Shown: positions 29,842-40,134 of the stretch, one piece after another | How positions within the stretch are numbered: the stretch's first letter is position 1 | Layout of the letters: each line of letters begins with the position of its first letter | From: Prevotellaceae bacterium | GTDB lineage: Bacteria; Bacteroidota; Bacteroidia; Bacteroidales; Bacteroidaceae | Length of the DNA stretch: 64,000 bases | NCBI GenBank assembly: GCA_015257125.1 | Contig: JABZKU010000009.1 | Span: forward strand, 10,473 to 74,472 | Reading direction: 5' to 3' | Notes under the pieces: model-generated | What the model was told of the DNA's origin: nothing | Seen by the model: the letters and a program-made list of their open reading frames with translations, nothing else | Database searches by the model: none | Translations under genes and position numbers: made by a program

Positions 29842-30014
29842 ATGCCTTGTGGGCGGCGCATCCGAAACGATGAGTCGCCCTTTCAACTGCGGCGGTTTGC
29901 GGTTCATTCAGCGCATGGAGCGTAAATTTTCCGCACAAAAAAGCCCGCAGTTTATGTGAACTGCGGGCTATTATTTCGTCTATTTTATGGGGATCGCACG
30001 GCGGCTGCGCGCAT

Positions 30015-30614
30015 TCAGTCCTTGATCAGGCCCTCTTGTCGCAAGAGATCGGCGAGGGTTTCGAGTTCGGCATACCATGCTTCGCCGAAACGGCGGATGA
30101 GGGGCTCGCGTAGAAAACGATAGATGGGCAATCGGAGTTCGCGACCTTTGGCTACAGCCGGCGCACAGACCGACCAGCGGTGGTAGTTGAGCGCCACTGT
30201 GCCGTTGGAGAGGGGTTGCTCGCGAATGGGGTAAAGCGCGCAACTGATGGGCTTGGGCCAGTCGATGCGTCCCTCGCGAAACGCACAATCGGTGGCGCAG
30301 AGACAAAGACCGTCGTCGTCATAGCGCGCAAAACAGCATTCTCTTCCGCCGACGATGCTGGTAACGAGGTCGCCGTCGCGGTCGCGATAGGCCACTCCCT
30401 GCTTGTCGAGCACTTTGCGGGCGCGGGGACTGAGCTGCATGCGCACTGCCGGTAGCACACGCTCAAGTTCGCGACACTCCTCGGCCGTGACGGGGGCACC
30501 GGCTTCGCCTTCGACGCAGCAGGCTCCGCCACAGGCGGCGAGATCGCAACAAAAATGTTCGGTGAAAATATCGGGCGACAAGAGCACGTCGCCTACTTGG
30601 AGGATGGGGAGCAT
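30015..30614 (-). CDS. DUF3109 family Cys-rich protein
   Basis: MLPILQVGDVLLSPDIFTEHFCCDLAACGGACCVEGEAGAP... has the characteristic CC..C..CC cluster. 199 aa. Confidence 0.6.
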   Translation of the reverse strand: MLPILQVGDVLLSPDIFTEHFCCDLAACGGACCVEGEAGAPVTAEECRELERVLPAVRMQLSPRARKVLDKQGVAYRDRDGDLVTSIVGGRECCFARYDDDGLCLCATDCAFREGRIDWPKPISCALYPIREQPLSNGTVALNYHRWSVCAPAVAKGRELRLPIYRFLREPLIRRFGEAWYAELETLADLLRQEGLIKD

Positions 30615-30709
30615 GGAAAGAATCGCACGAAGCGAGCAGTTGGAGATAAAGAACGAGGAGAAAGGAGCGTACGTTGTCTTAAAGCGCTTTCACCCTCGGC
30701 TACAACGGA

Positions 30710-31369
30710 TTACCATTGGATGGGCGTTTCGCCCCGCGCAGCCAAATAGGCGTTGGCTTGCGAGAAAGGCCGCGAACCGAAGAAGCCACGATAGGCCGAA
30801 AGCGGCGAGGGATGCGGCGCGGTGAGAATGCAATGGCGCGCACTGTCGATGAGGGCGGCCTTGCGTCCGGCATAGGCGCCCCAAAGTAGGAACACAATCC
30901 CTTCGCGACGAGCGGAGAGGGTGCGAATGACGGCATCGGTGAAGGTTTCCCAGCCCTGTCCTTGGTGTGAACCGGCGGCTCCGGCGCGCACGGTGAGCGT
31001 GGCGTTCAGCAAGAGCACACCTTGGTCGGCCCATCGGCGTAAACTGCCGGAAGTGGGGACGGGTATGCCGAGATCGGTGTGCAACTCCTTGAAGATGTTT
31101 TGCAACGAAGGAGGTGGGGGAACGCCGTCGCGCACGGAGAAACAGAGTCCTTCGGCTTGTCCGGCACCGTGATAGGGATCTTGGCCGAGGAGCACGACTT
31201 TGACGTCGGGGAAGGGACAACGATCGAAGGCCGCAAAGATTTCACCGGCGGGGGGATAGCAGGTGCCGGCGGCATATTCGGCGCGCACGAAGTCCGTAAG
31301 TGCCGAAAAATAAGGGGCTTCGAACTCGGCGGCGAGGGCTTCGTGCCAAGAAGGATGGATGCGGATCAT
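30710..31369 (-). CDS. ung: uracil-DNA glycosylase
   Basis: MIRIHPSWHEALAAEFEAPYF..., VVLLGQDPYHGAGQAEGLCFSV (water-activating loop) and HPSPLSA. Start at the ATG 31369 (220 aa). Confidence 0.85.
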   Translation of the reverse strand: MIRIHPSWHEALAAEFEAPYFSALTDFVRAEYAAGTCYPPAGEIFAAFDRCPFPDVKVVLLGQDPYHGAGQAEGLCFSVRDGVPPPPSLQNIFKELHTDLGIPVPTSGSLRRWADQGVLLLNATLTVRAGAAGSHQGQGWETFTDAVIRTLSARREGIVFLLWGAYAGRKAALIDSARHCILTAPHPSPLSAYRGFFGSRPFSQANAYLAARGETPIQW

Positions 31370-31392
31370 GGGCGATGCAGACGCGGTGTGAT

Positions 31393-33285
31393 TTATTCGA
31401 GGTAGGTGTAGCCGTAGAGACCGGCACGATAGGTGGAGATGAACTCTTTGCCTTCTTCGACGGTGATTTTCTGCTCGTTGACGGCTTTGGTCACCCACGA
31501 TTCGAGGCGGCGCACGAGTCGCTTGGGGTCATACTGCACATATTCGAGCACATCGGCCACGGTTTCGCCATCAATCGTTTTGTCGATGGAATATCCGTCG
31601 GCATCGACGGTGATATGCACCGCATTGGTGTCGCCGAAGAGGTTGTGCATGTTGCCGAGAATCTCTTGGTAGGCACCTACGAGGAAAACGCCGATGTAAT
31701 ATCGATCGCCCATGCGGAAGGTGTGCAGGGGAATGTAGTTGGTCTGCTGATTGTGGTTGACGTAGGTGGTGATCTTACCGTCGCTGTCGCAAGAGATGTC
31801 TTGAATCGTGGCGTTGCGGTCGGGACGCTCGTCGAGACGCTGGATCGGCATGATGGGGAAGAGCTGATCGATGGCCCAATGGTCGGGCAGCGACTGGAAG
31901 AGCGAGAAGTTGCAAAAATACTTCTCGGACATCATCTTGTCGAGCTTGCGGAGTTCGTCGGGGGCGTGCTTGAGGTGGTGAGAAAGGTCGACCACTTCGG
32001 AGCAGATGCTCCAATAGAGGCTTTCGATCTGTGCACGGGTGCGGAGATCGATGAGCCCGTGGCGGAAGAGGTCGAGGGCTTCTTCGCGAATGTCCTCGGC
32101 GTCGTGCCAATCTTCGAGCATGGAACGCGTGGAAAGTTTGTCCCAAATCTCGGTGAGGTCGTGCACTAATTTGTGATCGTCGGGAGAGGGATGGAAGTTT
32201 TCGTCCATGTGGGGCACTTCGGTGGTTTCGAGCACCTCAAGGATGAGCACGGAGTGGTGAGCGGTGAGCGAACGTCCGCCCTCAGTGATGATGTTGGGAT
32301 GCGGAATGTCGTTCTTATTGGCTGCCTCGACGAGGGTGTAGACAATGTCGTTGACGTATTCCTGCACACTGTAGTTGACCGAACTTTCAGAGTTGGACGA
32401 ACGCGTGCCGTCGTAGTCGACCCCGAGACCGCCACCGCAGTCGACGAACTCAATATTGAAGCCCATTTTGCGGAGCTGCACATAGTATTGTGCCATCTCG
32501 CGGAGGGCGATGCTGATGAGTCGGATTTTGGGGATTTGGCTGCCGATATGGAAGTGAATGAGGCGGAGGCAGTCGCTGAGTCCCTTCTCTTCGAGGAGGT
32601 TGAGGGCTTGGAGCAGTTCGGAACTGTTGAGTCCGAACTTAGAGGCGTCGCCACCGGAGCTTTCCCACTTGCCCATGGAGCGACTGGCGAGCTTGATGCG
32701 GATGCCGAGATTGGGACGAACGCCCATCTTCTCTGCAGTTTGCGCAATGATCTCCAGTTCGTGCAACTTCTCGATGACAAGGAAAACGCGCTTTCCCATC
32801 TTTTGTGCGAGAAGCGCCAGCTCGATGAAGTTTTGATCTTTGTGGCCGTTGCAGACAATCACGGAATCGGAGTCCATGTTGGTGGCCAACACGGCGTGCA
32901 GTTCGGGCTTGGAACCGCACTCAAGACCGAGGTTGTACTTCTTGCCGTGGGAGATGATTTCCTCGACAACGGGGCGCATCTGATTGACCTTGATGGGATA
33001 GATGATGAAGTGCTCGCCGCGGTAGTCGTATTCCTTCTCGGCACGCTCGAAGCAATCGGCGGTTTTCTCAATGCGATTGTCGAGGATGTCGGGAAAACGG
33101 AGCAGAACGGGAGCGGGGATGTCGCGTTCGGCCAGTTCGTCGACCAACTCGCGGAGGTCGATGCGGACATTGTTCTTACGCGGACAAACGTAGGCGTGAC
33201 CACTTTCGTTGATACCGAAATAGTTCACGCCCCAACCTTTGATATTATAAAGTTCTTCGGAGTCTTCAATACGCCATTTTCTCAT
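31393..33285 (-). CDS. speA: biosynthetic arginine decarboxylase
   Basis: MRKWRIEDSEELYNIKGWGVNYFGINESGH..., a PLP fold-III decarboxylase about 630 aa long. Confidence 0.85.
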   Translation of the reverse strand: MRKWRIEDSEELYNIKGWGVNYFGINESGHAYVCPRKNNVRIDLRELVDELAERDIPAPVLLRFPDILDNRIEKTADCFERAEKEYDYRGEHFIIYPIKVNQMRPVVEEIISHGKKYNLGLECGSKPELHAVLATNMDSDSVIVCNGHKDQNFIELALLAQKMGKRVFLVIEKLHELEIIAQTAEKMGVRPNLGIRIKLASRSMGKWESSGGDASKFGLNSSELLQALNLLEEKGLSDCLRLIHFHIGSQIPKIRLISIALREMAQYYVQLRKMGFNIEFVDCGGGLGVDYDGTRSSNSESSVNYSVQEYVNDIVYTLVEAANKNDIPHPNIITEGGRSLTAHHSVLILEVLETTEVPHMDENFHPSPDDHKLVHDLTEIWDKLSTRSMLEDWHDAEDIREEALDLFRHGLIDLRTRAQIESLYWSICSEVVDLSHHLKHAPDELRKLDKMMSEKYFCNFSLFQSLPDHWAIDQLFPIMPIQRLDERPDRNATIQDISCDSDGKITTYVNHNQQTNYIPLHTFRMGDRYYIGVFLVGAYQEILGNMHNLFGDTNAVHITVDADGYSIDKTIDGETVADVLEYVQYDPKRLVRRLESWVTKAVNEQKITVEEGKEFISTYRAGLYGYTYLE

Positions 33286-33417
33286 CGTAAGGATCGTATA
33301 TGCAGGAAAAAGAGGTTTATTTTGTAGTCGTTTTCGTGCCGCGGGCGTGCTAAACATCACTTGTTTGCACGCCTCTTCGGCAGATCGAAAACAGAAGTAG
33401 AAATAGCCGGAAGCAAA

Positions 33418-33963
33418 TCAGCCATTGCTGTTGGCTTCCAAGCCTAAAGAATCGATGATGCAGCAGGAAAGTCGACCCACCTTTTCGGGGGTGTCGAGAG
33501 GATGCACCTCGGCGATGTGTTGAGCACGCTCATAATAGGCCGTGCGCTCGGCAAGTTGTGCTGTAACGAAGGCACGCAATTCTTCGGGGCTTTTGCCTTC
33601 GAGCAAGGGACGGCGGCCTTTGCTCACACTCAAGTGAGCACAAATCGTATCGGCATCGGCTCGAAGATAGACGGTGTGCGCCACGCTGTTGAGGAAGTCC
33701 ATGTTGTCAAAATGGGCGGGGGTTCCGCCACCACAAGAGAGGACGATGTCTTCGAATTGCGCCACTTCATGGAGCATTCTCCGCTCGAGATCTCGAAAAC
33801 GGGCTTCTCCCTCCTCGGCAAAGATGGCCGAAATGCGTTTGTGGAAACGCTCTTCGATGTACCAATCGAGATCGTAGAAACGCAACCCGAGACGGCGCGC
33901 AAGATCACGCCCAACGGTGGTTTTGCCGACGCACATGTAGCCGATCAATGCGATGCACTTCAT
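33418..33963 (-). CDS. aroK: shikimate kinase
   Basis: MKCIALIGYMCVGKTTVGRDLARRLG has a Walker A motif. 181 aa. Confidence 0.8.
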   Translation of the reverse strand: MKCIALIGYMCVGKTTVGRDLARRLGLRFYDLDWYIEERFHKRISAIFAEEGEARFRDLERRMLHEVAQFEDIVLSCGGGTPAHFDNMDFLNSVAHTVYLRADADTICAHLSVSKGRRPLLEGKSPEELRAFVTAQLAERTAYYERAQHIAEVHPLDTPEKVGRLSCCIIDSLGLEANSNG

Positions 33964-33966
33964 GGC

Positions 33967-36327
33967 TTACTTCTTCTTAGTGGTACGACGTTTTGTCGTG
34001 GACTTCGCGGCCGTCTTCGAACCGGATTCAATGAGCGCGCGGCACTCTTCGAGCGTAAGTTCGCCGGCATGTTCGGCACGTTCCTTGGGAATCTTGTAGT
34101 TCTTGCCTTTATACTTGATATAAGGGCCGAAACGACCGACAAGCACCTCAAGTTCAGGTTCTTCCTCGAAGGAGAGCAGATGACTCTTCGCATCGGCTTC
34201 GCGCTTTTGGAGGATGAGTTCGACGGCGCGCTCGGGGGTGATCGTGAGCGGGTCTTCGTCTTTGGGAATCGACACGAACTTTTTGCCGTGCTGCACATAG
34301 GGACCGAAACGCCCTGCACCGATTTTGATCACTTGATCTTCAAATTCGCCAAGTTCTCGGGGCAGTTTGCACAGTTCGAGGGCTTCTTCGAGGGTGATGG
34401 TAGCCAAACTTTGATCGGGCGAAAGGCGTGCGAAACGCGGTTTGTCATCACCTTCGCCATTGCCAATTTGGATCATCGGACCATAACGGCCGATTTTCAC
34501 ACTCACCGGCTGACCGCTTTTGGGATCATCGCCGAGATAGCGTTCGCCCACGCGAGTTTCGCTGCGCTCGGCCAGTACGGTGTCGACTTGGGGCTCCAAA
34601 TCTCCGTAGAAAGTGCGAATGAGTTCCGTCCAATTCTTGGTACCTTCTGCCACGAGGTCGAAATCATGTTCGACATTGGCCGTGAAGTTGTAGTCCATAA
34701 TGGAGGGGAATTTGTCCATCAAGAAGTCATTCACCACAATACCGATGTCGGTCGGAACCAGTTTACCGCGGTCGCTGCCGTAATTCTCACTGCTCTGCTC
34801 GGTCGTGATCTCATTACCGGAGAGGGTGACGAGGGTGATGGGACGTGACTTACCTTCATTCTCTCCGCGGCGCACATATTCTCGCGCTTGAATGGTTGAA
34901 ATGGTGGGCGCGTAGGTCGAAGGACGACCGATGCCGAGCTCTTCGAGTTTGTGCACGAGCGAGGCTTCACTGTAACGCGCCGGGGGCAAGCTGTAACGCT
35001 GACGAGCGGTGAGCGTTTGACGCTTCAATTCTTGTCCTTCTACCATCGGAGGTAAAAGACCTTCTGCCGCGAGATTGTCGGAAGTTTCGTTCTCGCTGTC
35101 GTCAAAGCTCTCACGATAGACGCGCAAGAAGCCTTCAAACTTCACGACTTCGCCGGTGGCGACAAAATGGTGTTCACTGCCGTCGATCTGAATGAGCACA
35201 GTGGTACGTTCCAACTGGGCATCGGCCATTTGGCAGGCGACTGTACGCTTCCAAATCAGGTCATAAAGACGCTTTTCTTGCGCAGTTCCTTTGATTTCGC
35301 TCCGACGCATGTCGGTGGGACGGATGGCTTCGTGCGCTTCTTGGGCACCTTTGGCGTGCGTGTGGTAGCGACGACGCTTATGGTAGTCTGCTCCCATCAA
35401 TTCGGTGATGACCGGTCCGACCGTATTGAGGCAAAGATCGGAAAGGTTCATCGAGTCGGTACGCATGTAGGTGATCAAACCCGCTTCGTAGAGCTTCTGT
35501 GCGACGCGCATTGTGGTGCCTACCGAGAAACCCATCTTGCGTGCGGCATCTTGCTGCAACGTCGAGGTGGTGAAGGGAGGAGCCGGTGTGCGCTTAGAGG
35601 GCTTTGTGGCAATCGAGCCGATGGTGAAACGCGCATTTTTGCAGTGTTCGAGGAAGGCTTGGGCTTCTTCGACCGTGGCAAAGCGATGATTCAACTCCGC
35701 ATCGAGTTGCGCGGTTTGGCCGTCTGCACCGTCTACGATGAAACGGGCGAGCAGACGGAAATTGCTCTCGCTTTCGAAAGCAGCAATTTCGCGTTCGCGC
35801 TCCACAATGAGGCGAACCGTCACGCTCTGCACACGACCGGCGGAAAGGCCGGCGCGCACTTTGTGCCACAACACGGGCGAAAGGCGGAAACCTACCAAGC
35901 GATCGAGTACGCGACGCGCTTGTTGCGCATCTACCAAGTTGAGATCGATCGTACGCGGATGCTCAATGGCGTCGAGGATGGCAGGTTTCGTAATTTCGTG
36001 GAATACAATACGGCGCGCGGTGGCCGGATCGAGTTTAAGGACTTCCGCAAGGTGCCAAGAGATGGCTTCTCCCTCGCGGTCCTCATCGGAAGCCAACCAA
36101 ACGGTCTCGCATTTCTTGGCTTGCGCGCGCAAATCGCTGACAATTTTCTTCTTGTCGTCGGGAATTATATAGACGGGCGCAAAAGTTTTCGGGTCAACGC
36201 CGAAATCTTTTTTCGCCAAATCGCGGATGTGTCCGAAGCTGGACATGACCTTAAAGTCGTCGCCGAGAAAGCGTTCGATGGTCTTGGCCTTCGCGGGGCT
36301 CTCCACGATCACTAAGTTCTTCTGCAT
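33967..36327 (-). CDS. topA: DNA topoisomerase I
   Basis: MQKNLVIVESPAKAKTIERFLG (TOPRIM), active-site region, and C-terminal Zn-ribbon/Lys-rich tail. 786 aa. Confidence 0.9.
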   Translation of the reverse strand: MQKNLVIVESPAKAKTIERFLGDDFKVMSSFGHIRDLAKKDFGVDPKTFAPVYIIPDDKKKIVSDLRAQAKKCETVWLASDEDREGEAISWHLAEVLKLDPATARRIVFHEITKPAILDAIEHPRTIDLNLVDAQQARRVLDRLVGFRLSPVLWHKVRAGLSAGRVQSVTVRLIVEREREIAAFESESNFRLLARFIVDGADGQTAQLDAELNHRFATVEEAQAFLEHCKNARFTIGSIATKPSKRTPAPPFTTSTLQQDAARKMGFSVGTTMRVAQKLYEAGLITYMRTDSMNLSDLCLNTVGPVITELMGADYHKRRRYHTHAKGAQEAHEAIRPTDMRRSEIKGTAQEKRLYDLIWKRTVACQMADAQLERTTVLIQIDGSEHHFVATGEVVKFEGFLRVYRESFDDSENETSDNLAAEGLLPPMVEGQELKRQTLTARQRYSLPPARYSEASLVHKLEELGIGRPSTYAPTISTIQAREYVRRGENEGKSRPITLVTLSGNEITTEQSSENYGSDRGKLVPTDIGIVVNDFLMDKFPSIMDYNFTANVEHDFDLVAEGTKNWTELIRTFYGDLEPQVDTVLAERSETRVGERYLGDDPKSGQPVSVKIGRYGPMIQIGNGEGDDKPRFARLSPDQSLATITLEEALELCKLPRELGEFEDQVIKIGAGRFGPYVQHGKKFVSIPKDEDPLTITPERAVELILQKREADAKSHLLSFEEEPELEVLVGRFGPYIKYKGKNYKIPKERAEHAGELTLEECRALIESGSKTAAKSTTKRRTTKKK

Positions 36328-36346
36328 ATACTGTTTATTTTGGGTG

Positions 36347-36382
36347 CAAAAATACGCTGACAGCGTCGATACACCAAATAAA
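36347..36382 (-). promoter_or_regulatory. Bacteroidota sigma-A promoter for topA (-33 TTTG / -7 TATTTTTG)
   Basis: On the minus strand the sequence reads TTTG-gtgtatcgacgctgtcagcg-TATTTTTG, a 20-nt spacer, ending about 20 nt before the ATG at 36327. Confidence 0.45.
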
Positions 36383-36551
36383 TCTGCCCTTTTTTCCGTT
36401 CCTACTCATCTTATAATAAGAGAACGCGCCGCCGGTGTCGCAAAACACCGACGGCGAGAGCAGAAAAAGGAATAATCACCTGCGCCATTCTACACAGAAA
36501 CCTGCGTGGCGCAGACGTATATCTTCAAAATGAGGACCGATCTGCATGCCT

Positions 36552-36962
36552 TCAACGCAAGGCCAAAGCGGCATCTTCGGCGGCTTCCATGATTTCGCGT
36601 TCGCCGGGGCCTTTGTCGTTGATACCCACCAAGTGCAACACGCCGTGCACGAGCACGCGGTGCAACTCTTCGTCATAGGGACGGCCGAAGAGTTCGGCGT
36701 TCGTGCGCACTGTATCGAGCGAAATATAGAGATCGCCCGAAAGCACATCGGCCGCGCTGTAGTCGAAAGTAATGATATCGGTGTAATAATCGTGCTGAAG
36801 GTAGCGACGGTTCACATCGAGTATCTCCTCGTCGTTGCAAAACACGTAGTTCACCTCGCCCAAACGCCGACCGTGCGAGGCCACAACGCGGCGCAACCAA
36901 GCGGTTTCACGCGCAACATCGAGCGGAGGAACCGGAAGTGAGAGCGCATTAAATGTAATCAT
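36552..36962 (-). CDS. ybeY: rRNA maturation endoribonuclease YbeY
   Basis: HGVLHLVGINDKGPGEREIMEAAE metal-binding H..H....H motif. 136 aa. Confidence 0.8.
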   Translation of the reverse strand: MITFNALSLPVPPLDVARETAWLRRVVASHGRRLGEVNYVFCNDEEILDVNRRYLQHDYYTDIITFDYSAADVLSGDLYISLDTVRTNAELFGRPYDEELHRVLVHGVLHLVGINDKGPGEREIMEAAEDAALALR

Positions 36963-36983
36963 AACAAACTGTGGTTCAGAAAC

Positions 36984-38024
36984 TCAAAACAAGGAAGGTT
37001 CTTCGGCGGAAACGCCGTAAGGGGTGCGACCAAGGTGCGTATAAGCCAGCTCCGTCACCTCACGACCGCGCGGTGTGCGGCGAATGAAACCCTCTTTGAT
37101 CAAGAACGGCTCATATACTTCTTCCACTGTGCCGGCATCTTCGCCAATGGCCGTGGCGATAGTCGTCACTCCCACGGGACCACCCTTGAACTTATCGATG
37201 ATGGTGGTCAAAATCTTGTTGTCGATTTCGTCGAGACCGAAGCGATCGATATTCAACGCCTCGAGCGCAATCCGCGCAATGGGCACATCGATCGCGCCGT
37301 CGCCCTTCACTTCGGCAAAATCGCGTACGCGGCGCAAGAGCGCATTGGCAATACGCGGTGTACCGCGGGAACGTCCGGCCACTTCGGCCGCGGCTTTCGG
37401 ATCCATCGGCACACCTAAAATGTGCGCCGAGCGCTGCACGATGTCGCAAAGCGTCGCCGAATCGTAGTACTCCAAGTGGAGATTGATCCCGAAACGGGCG
37501 CGAAGCGGTGCGGTGAGCAGACCGCTGCGCGTCGTAGCACCGACAAGCGTGAAGGGATTGAGGTCGATTTGGATGGAACGCGCCGAAGGCCCTTTGTCGA
37601 TCATGATATCGATGCGATAATCCTCCATCGCCGAATAGAGATATTCCTCCACTACCGGCGACAAACGATGTATTTCATCGATGAAAAGCACATCATTCGG
37701 CTCTAACGAGGTGAGCAATCCCGCCAAGTCACCGGGTTTGTCGAGCACCGGCCCCGAGGTGAGCTTAAAACCCACCCCCAATTCGTTGGCAATAATGTTG
37801 GAAAGCGTCGTTTTACCCAAGCCCGGAGGACCATGCAGGAGCGTATGATCGAGCGGTTCACCGCGACGGCGAGCTGCTTCGACAAAGATGCGCAAATTGT
37901 CCACGACTTTCGTTTGACCGGTGAAGTCATCGAACGAAAGTGGGCGCAAAGCATTTTCAAACTCTCGCTCTGTCGTTGGCGGTGTCTGCTGTTCGGAGCG
38001 AATGTCGAAAGTATCTTCTAACAT
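36984..38024 (-). CDS. ruvB: Holliday junction branch-migration helicase RuvB
   Basis: [22 protein letters not shown] Walker [12 protein letters not shown] Walker B, and a C-terminal winged helix. Start at the ATG 38024. Confidence 0.9.
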   Translation of the reverse strand: MLEDTFDIRSEQQTPPTTEREFENALRPLSFDDFTGQTKVVDNLRIFVEAARRRGEPLDHTLLHGPPGLGKTTLSNIIANELGVGFKLTSGPVLDKPGDLAGLLTSLEPNDVLFIDEIHRLSPVVEEYLYSAMEDYRIDIMIDKGPSARSIQIDLNPFTLVGATTRSGLLTAPLRARFGINLHLEYYDSATLCDIVQRSAHILGVPMDPKAAAEVAGRSRGTPRIANALLRRVRDFAEVKGDGAIDVPIARIALEALNIDRFGLDEIDNKILTTIIDKFKGGPVGVTTIATAIGEDAGTVEEVYEPFLIKEGFIRRTPRGREVTELAYTHLGRTPYGVSAEEPSLF

Positions 38025-38094
38025 AAAGAGAAAGCGGAATAGAAGCGTAACAGAAAAGCGCACAGTCTACAGACCGGCGCCGGAAAAGCAGCCG

Positions 38095-38532
38095 TCAATC
38101 GCCGAGCGGTTGCACACGGCACACAAATTCGAGGCTGTCGTCGTGGCGCAAATCGAGTGCATGATAGTTGCGTACGATGCGAAATTCGCGGATACGAAAG
38201 CCCACCGTGCGCCCCATCGTGAAGTCTGCGCCGGGCAAATCACGTTTATCGACATAAACCGTGCGGCGCACGGCCGGCATACGCAGCGTGTCGTCCACGG
38301 CCGGAGCGGCGGTCAGCACCAACTGCGCTTCATCGCGACAATCACAACTATAACGCACGCGCGCTTCGTAACGTCCGGCAGCTGCCGGTTGCCACTGTTC
38401 GTTTACCCGTTCCGGATCGACGGGAGCCGGTTCAGGTGCATCGTGGTCGCATGCGGCGCCGAAACTGAGGGCTGCGACGAACAAAAGCGGTGCGCCTGCA
38501 CGACGAAAACGAGAAATCAACGAGGGGTTCAT
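38095..38532 (-). CDS. hypothetical lipoprotein
   Basis: Signal peptide plus lipobox (LSFGAAC). No recognisable domain. Confidence 0.4.
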   Translation of the reverse strand: MNPSLISRFRRAGAPLLFVAALSFGAACDHDAPEPAPVDPERVNEQWQPAAAGRYEARVRYSCDCRDEAQLVLTAAPAVDDTLRMPAVRRTVYVDKRDLPGADFTMGRTVGFRIREFRIVRNYHALDLRHDDSLEFVCRVQPLGD

Positions 38533-38655
38533 GAGTCAGTGAAGGATTTCGGCAAAAGGCGCTCCTTTTAAGTAACGAAGGAGGCTCATTTTGGTGAGCA
38601 GCGGTGCGGTGCACTCCATCCTATCGACGAGTGCTGCACCTTTGCCGAATATAGA

Positions 38656-38692
38656 CGAAAAACGGAGTCAGCGCCCGAGGGTGCGACTCCGT
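38656..38692 (-). terminator. intrinsic terminator of rpsT
   Basis: On the minus strand: acggagtc-gcaccctcgggcgct-gactccgt followed by ttttt. Confidence 0.5.
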
Positions 38693-38716
38693 GTGTATCG
38701 AGATCTGTCGGCCGTA

Positions 38717-38971
38717 TCAGGCGAGCTTGCTCACATGGAGCATGATGCTCGACTTGATGTTCGAAGCCTTGTTCTTGTGGATGACGTTCGTCTTAGCGAG
38801 CTTGTCAAGCATCTTCTGCACTTTGGGGAGAAGTTCTACGGCAGCTGCCTTGTCGGTCGTGGCGCGGAGCTTGCGCACGGCGTTACGCATCGTCTTAGCA
38901 TAGTAGCGATTGTGCAAGCGACGAGTGGCGGTCTGACGAATTCTTTTCACAGAGGATTTGTGATTTGCCAT
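38717..38971 (-). CDS. rpsT: 30S ribosomal protein S20
   Basis: [36 protein letters not shown]... 84 aa. Confidence 0.9.
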   Translation of the reverse strand: MANHKSSVKRIRQTATRRLHNRYYAKTMRNAVRKLRATTDKAAAVELLPKVQKMLDKLAKTNVIHKNKASNIKSSIMLHVSKLA

Positions 38972-39132
38972 TTTGAATAGGAATTTGTTAGTTCGAAATA
39001 TATAGAATTGACTGCCGGCACTCTTCAGCAGGAGGAAAATAGGCGTCTCCCGACGATGCTGCTTCAGACGTTACCTGGATGTTCTAAAACAAAGCGGGGA
39101 ATTCTTGCGAACTCCCCACAGTCGATTGATTG

Positions 39133-39204
39133 TAGTCCCTAGGAGAGTCGAACTCCTCTTTTGAGAATGAAAATCTCACGTCCTAACCGATAGACGAAGG
39201 GACC
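39133..39204 (-). tRNA. tRNA-Glu (anticodon TTC)
   Basis: The minus-strand sequence GTCCCTTCGTCTATCGGTTAGGACGTGAGATTTTCATTCTCAAAAGAGGAGTTCGACTCTCCTAGGGACT folds as a cloverleaf. Anticodon loop TTTTCAT and T-arm GGAGTTCGACTCTCC. CCA is not encoded. Confidence 0.8.
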
Positions 39205-39410
39205 GTTTTGCTTAAGGTTTGACAGCGTCGCTTGTGGTGTGCCGTTGTTCCTTGTTTGCGAGTGCAAAGGTAGCACATTTTTCTCAATCTCCAAATAGTT
39301 CGGCCATTTTTTTTCGCGAAAAGTGCATTTTCCCTCCATTTTCTTCATTTCACCCCCTTTTTCGGGGCAAAAAACGGGGTAAAGCCTATTTTTTGCCGTA
39401 CTTTCGCCGC

Positions 39411-40133
39411 ATGTTACTTCAAGACCAAATTTTGGTACTCCGCACCCTTCGTTATGCCGACGACCGTTTAATCGTCGAAGCCCTCGCACGCACACACGGG
39501 CGCGTTTCTTTTATGGTGCGCATCACACATTCACCGCGCGCCACCGTGCGTCACACCTTATTTACGCCGCTGGCCGTGATCGACACGGAGTGGAATCGCC
39601 CACGAACGGGGCAACTCGGCAAACCGCTCGCTGCTCGCGTTGCACAACCGCGGCTCACACTCCACACCATGCCGGCCAAAACCGCCGTGGTACTCTTCTT
39701 ATCCGAGATGCTCCTCCATGTGGTGCACAGCGAGGAGGCCGACGAAAAGGTTTTCGACTTCGTGGCGGCGGCCTTGCAGTGGCTCGACACCGCCGAGCGC
39801 GACTACGCCAATTTCCATTTGGTCTTTCTCATGCGCCTCACGCGCTTTCTCGGCATCGCCCCCGACCTCTCGCAGGCCGGACTCCCCTACTTCGATTTGG
39901 TGGGCGGCCGATTTGCCGGCGTGCGTCCCATGCACACGCACATCTTGGAAGGCGAGGAGGCAAAAGCGTTTGCCAATCTGTTGCGCATGAATTTTTCGAC
40001 CATGCATCTCTTCCGCTTCTCGCGCGCGCAGCGCAACCGCATTCTCGATGTACTCATCGTCTACTACCGATTGCACCTCGCCGCCATGCCCGAGCTCAAG
40101 AGTCCGGACGTCTTGCGCGCCCTTTTCGACTGA
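39411..40133 (+). CDS. recO: DNA repair protein RecO
   Basis: MLLQDQILVLRTLRYADDRLIVEALARTHGRVSFMVR... matches the RecO N-terminal OB fold. About 240 aa from the ATG 39411. Confidence 0.7.
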   Translation: MLLQDQILVLRTLRYADDRLIVEALARTHGRVSFMVRITHSPRATVRHTLFTPLAVIDTEWNRPRTGQLGKPLAARVAQPRLTLHTMPAKTAVVLFLSEMLLHVVHSEEADEKVFDFVAAALQWLDTAERDYANFHLVFLMRLTRFLGIAPDLSQAGLPYFDLVGGRFAGVRPMHTHILEGEEAKAFANLLRMNFSTMHLFRFSRAQRNRILDVLIVYYRLHLAAMPELKSPDVLRALFD

Positions 40134-40134
40134 T

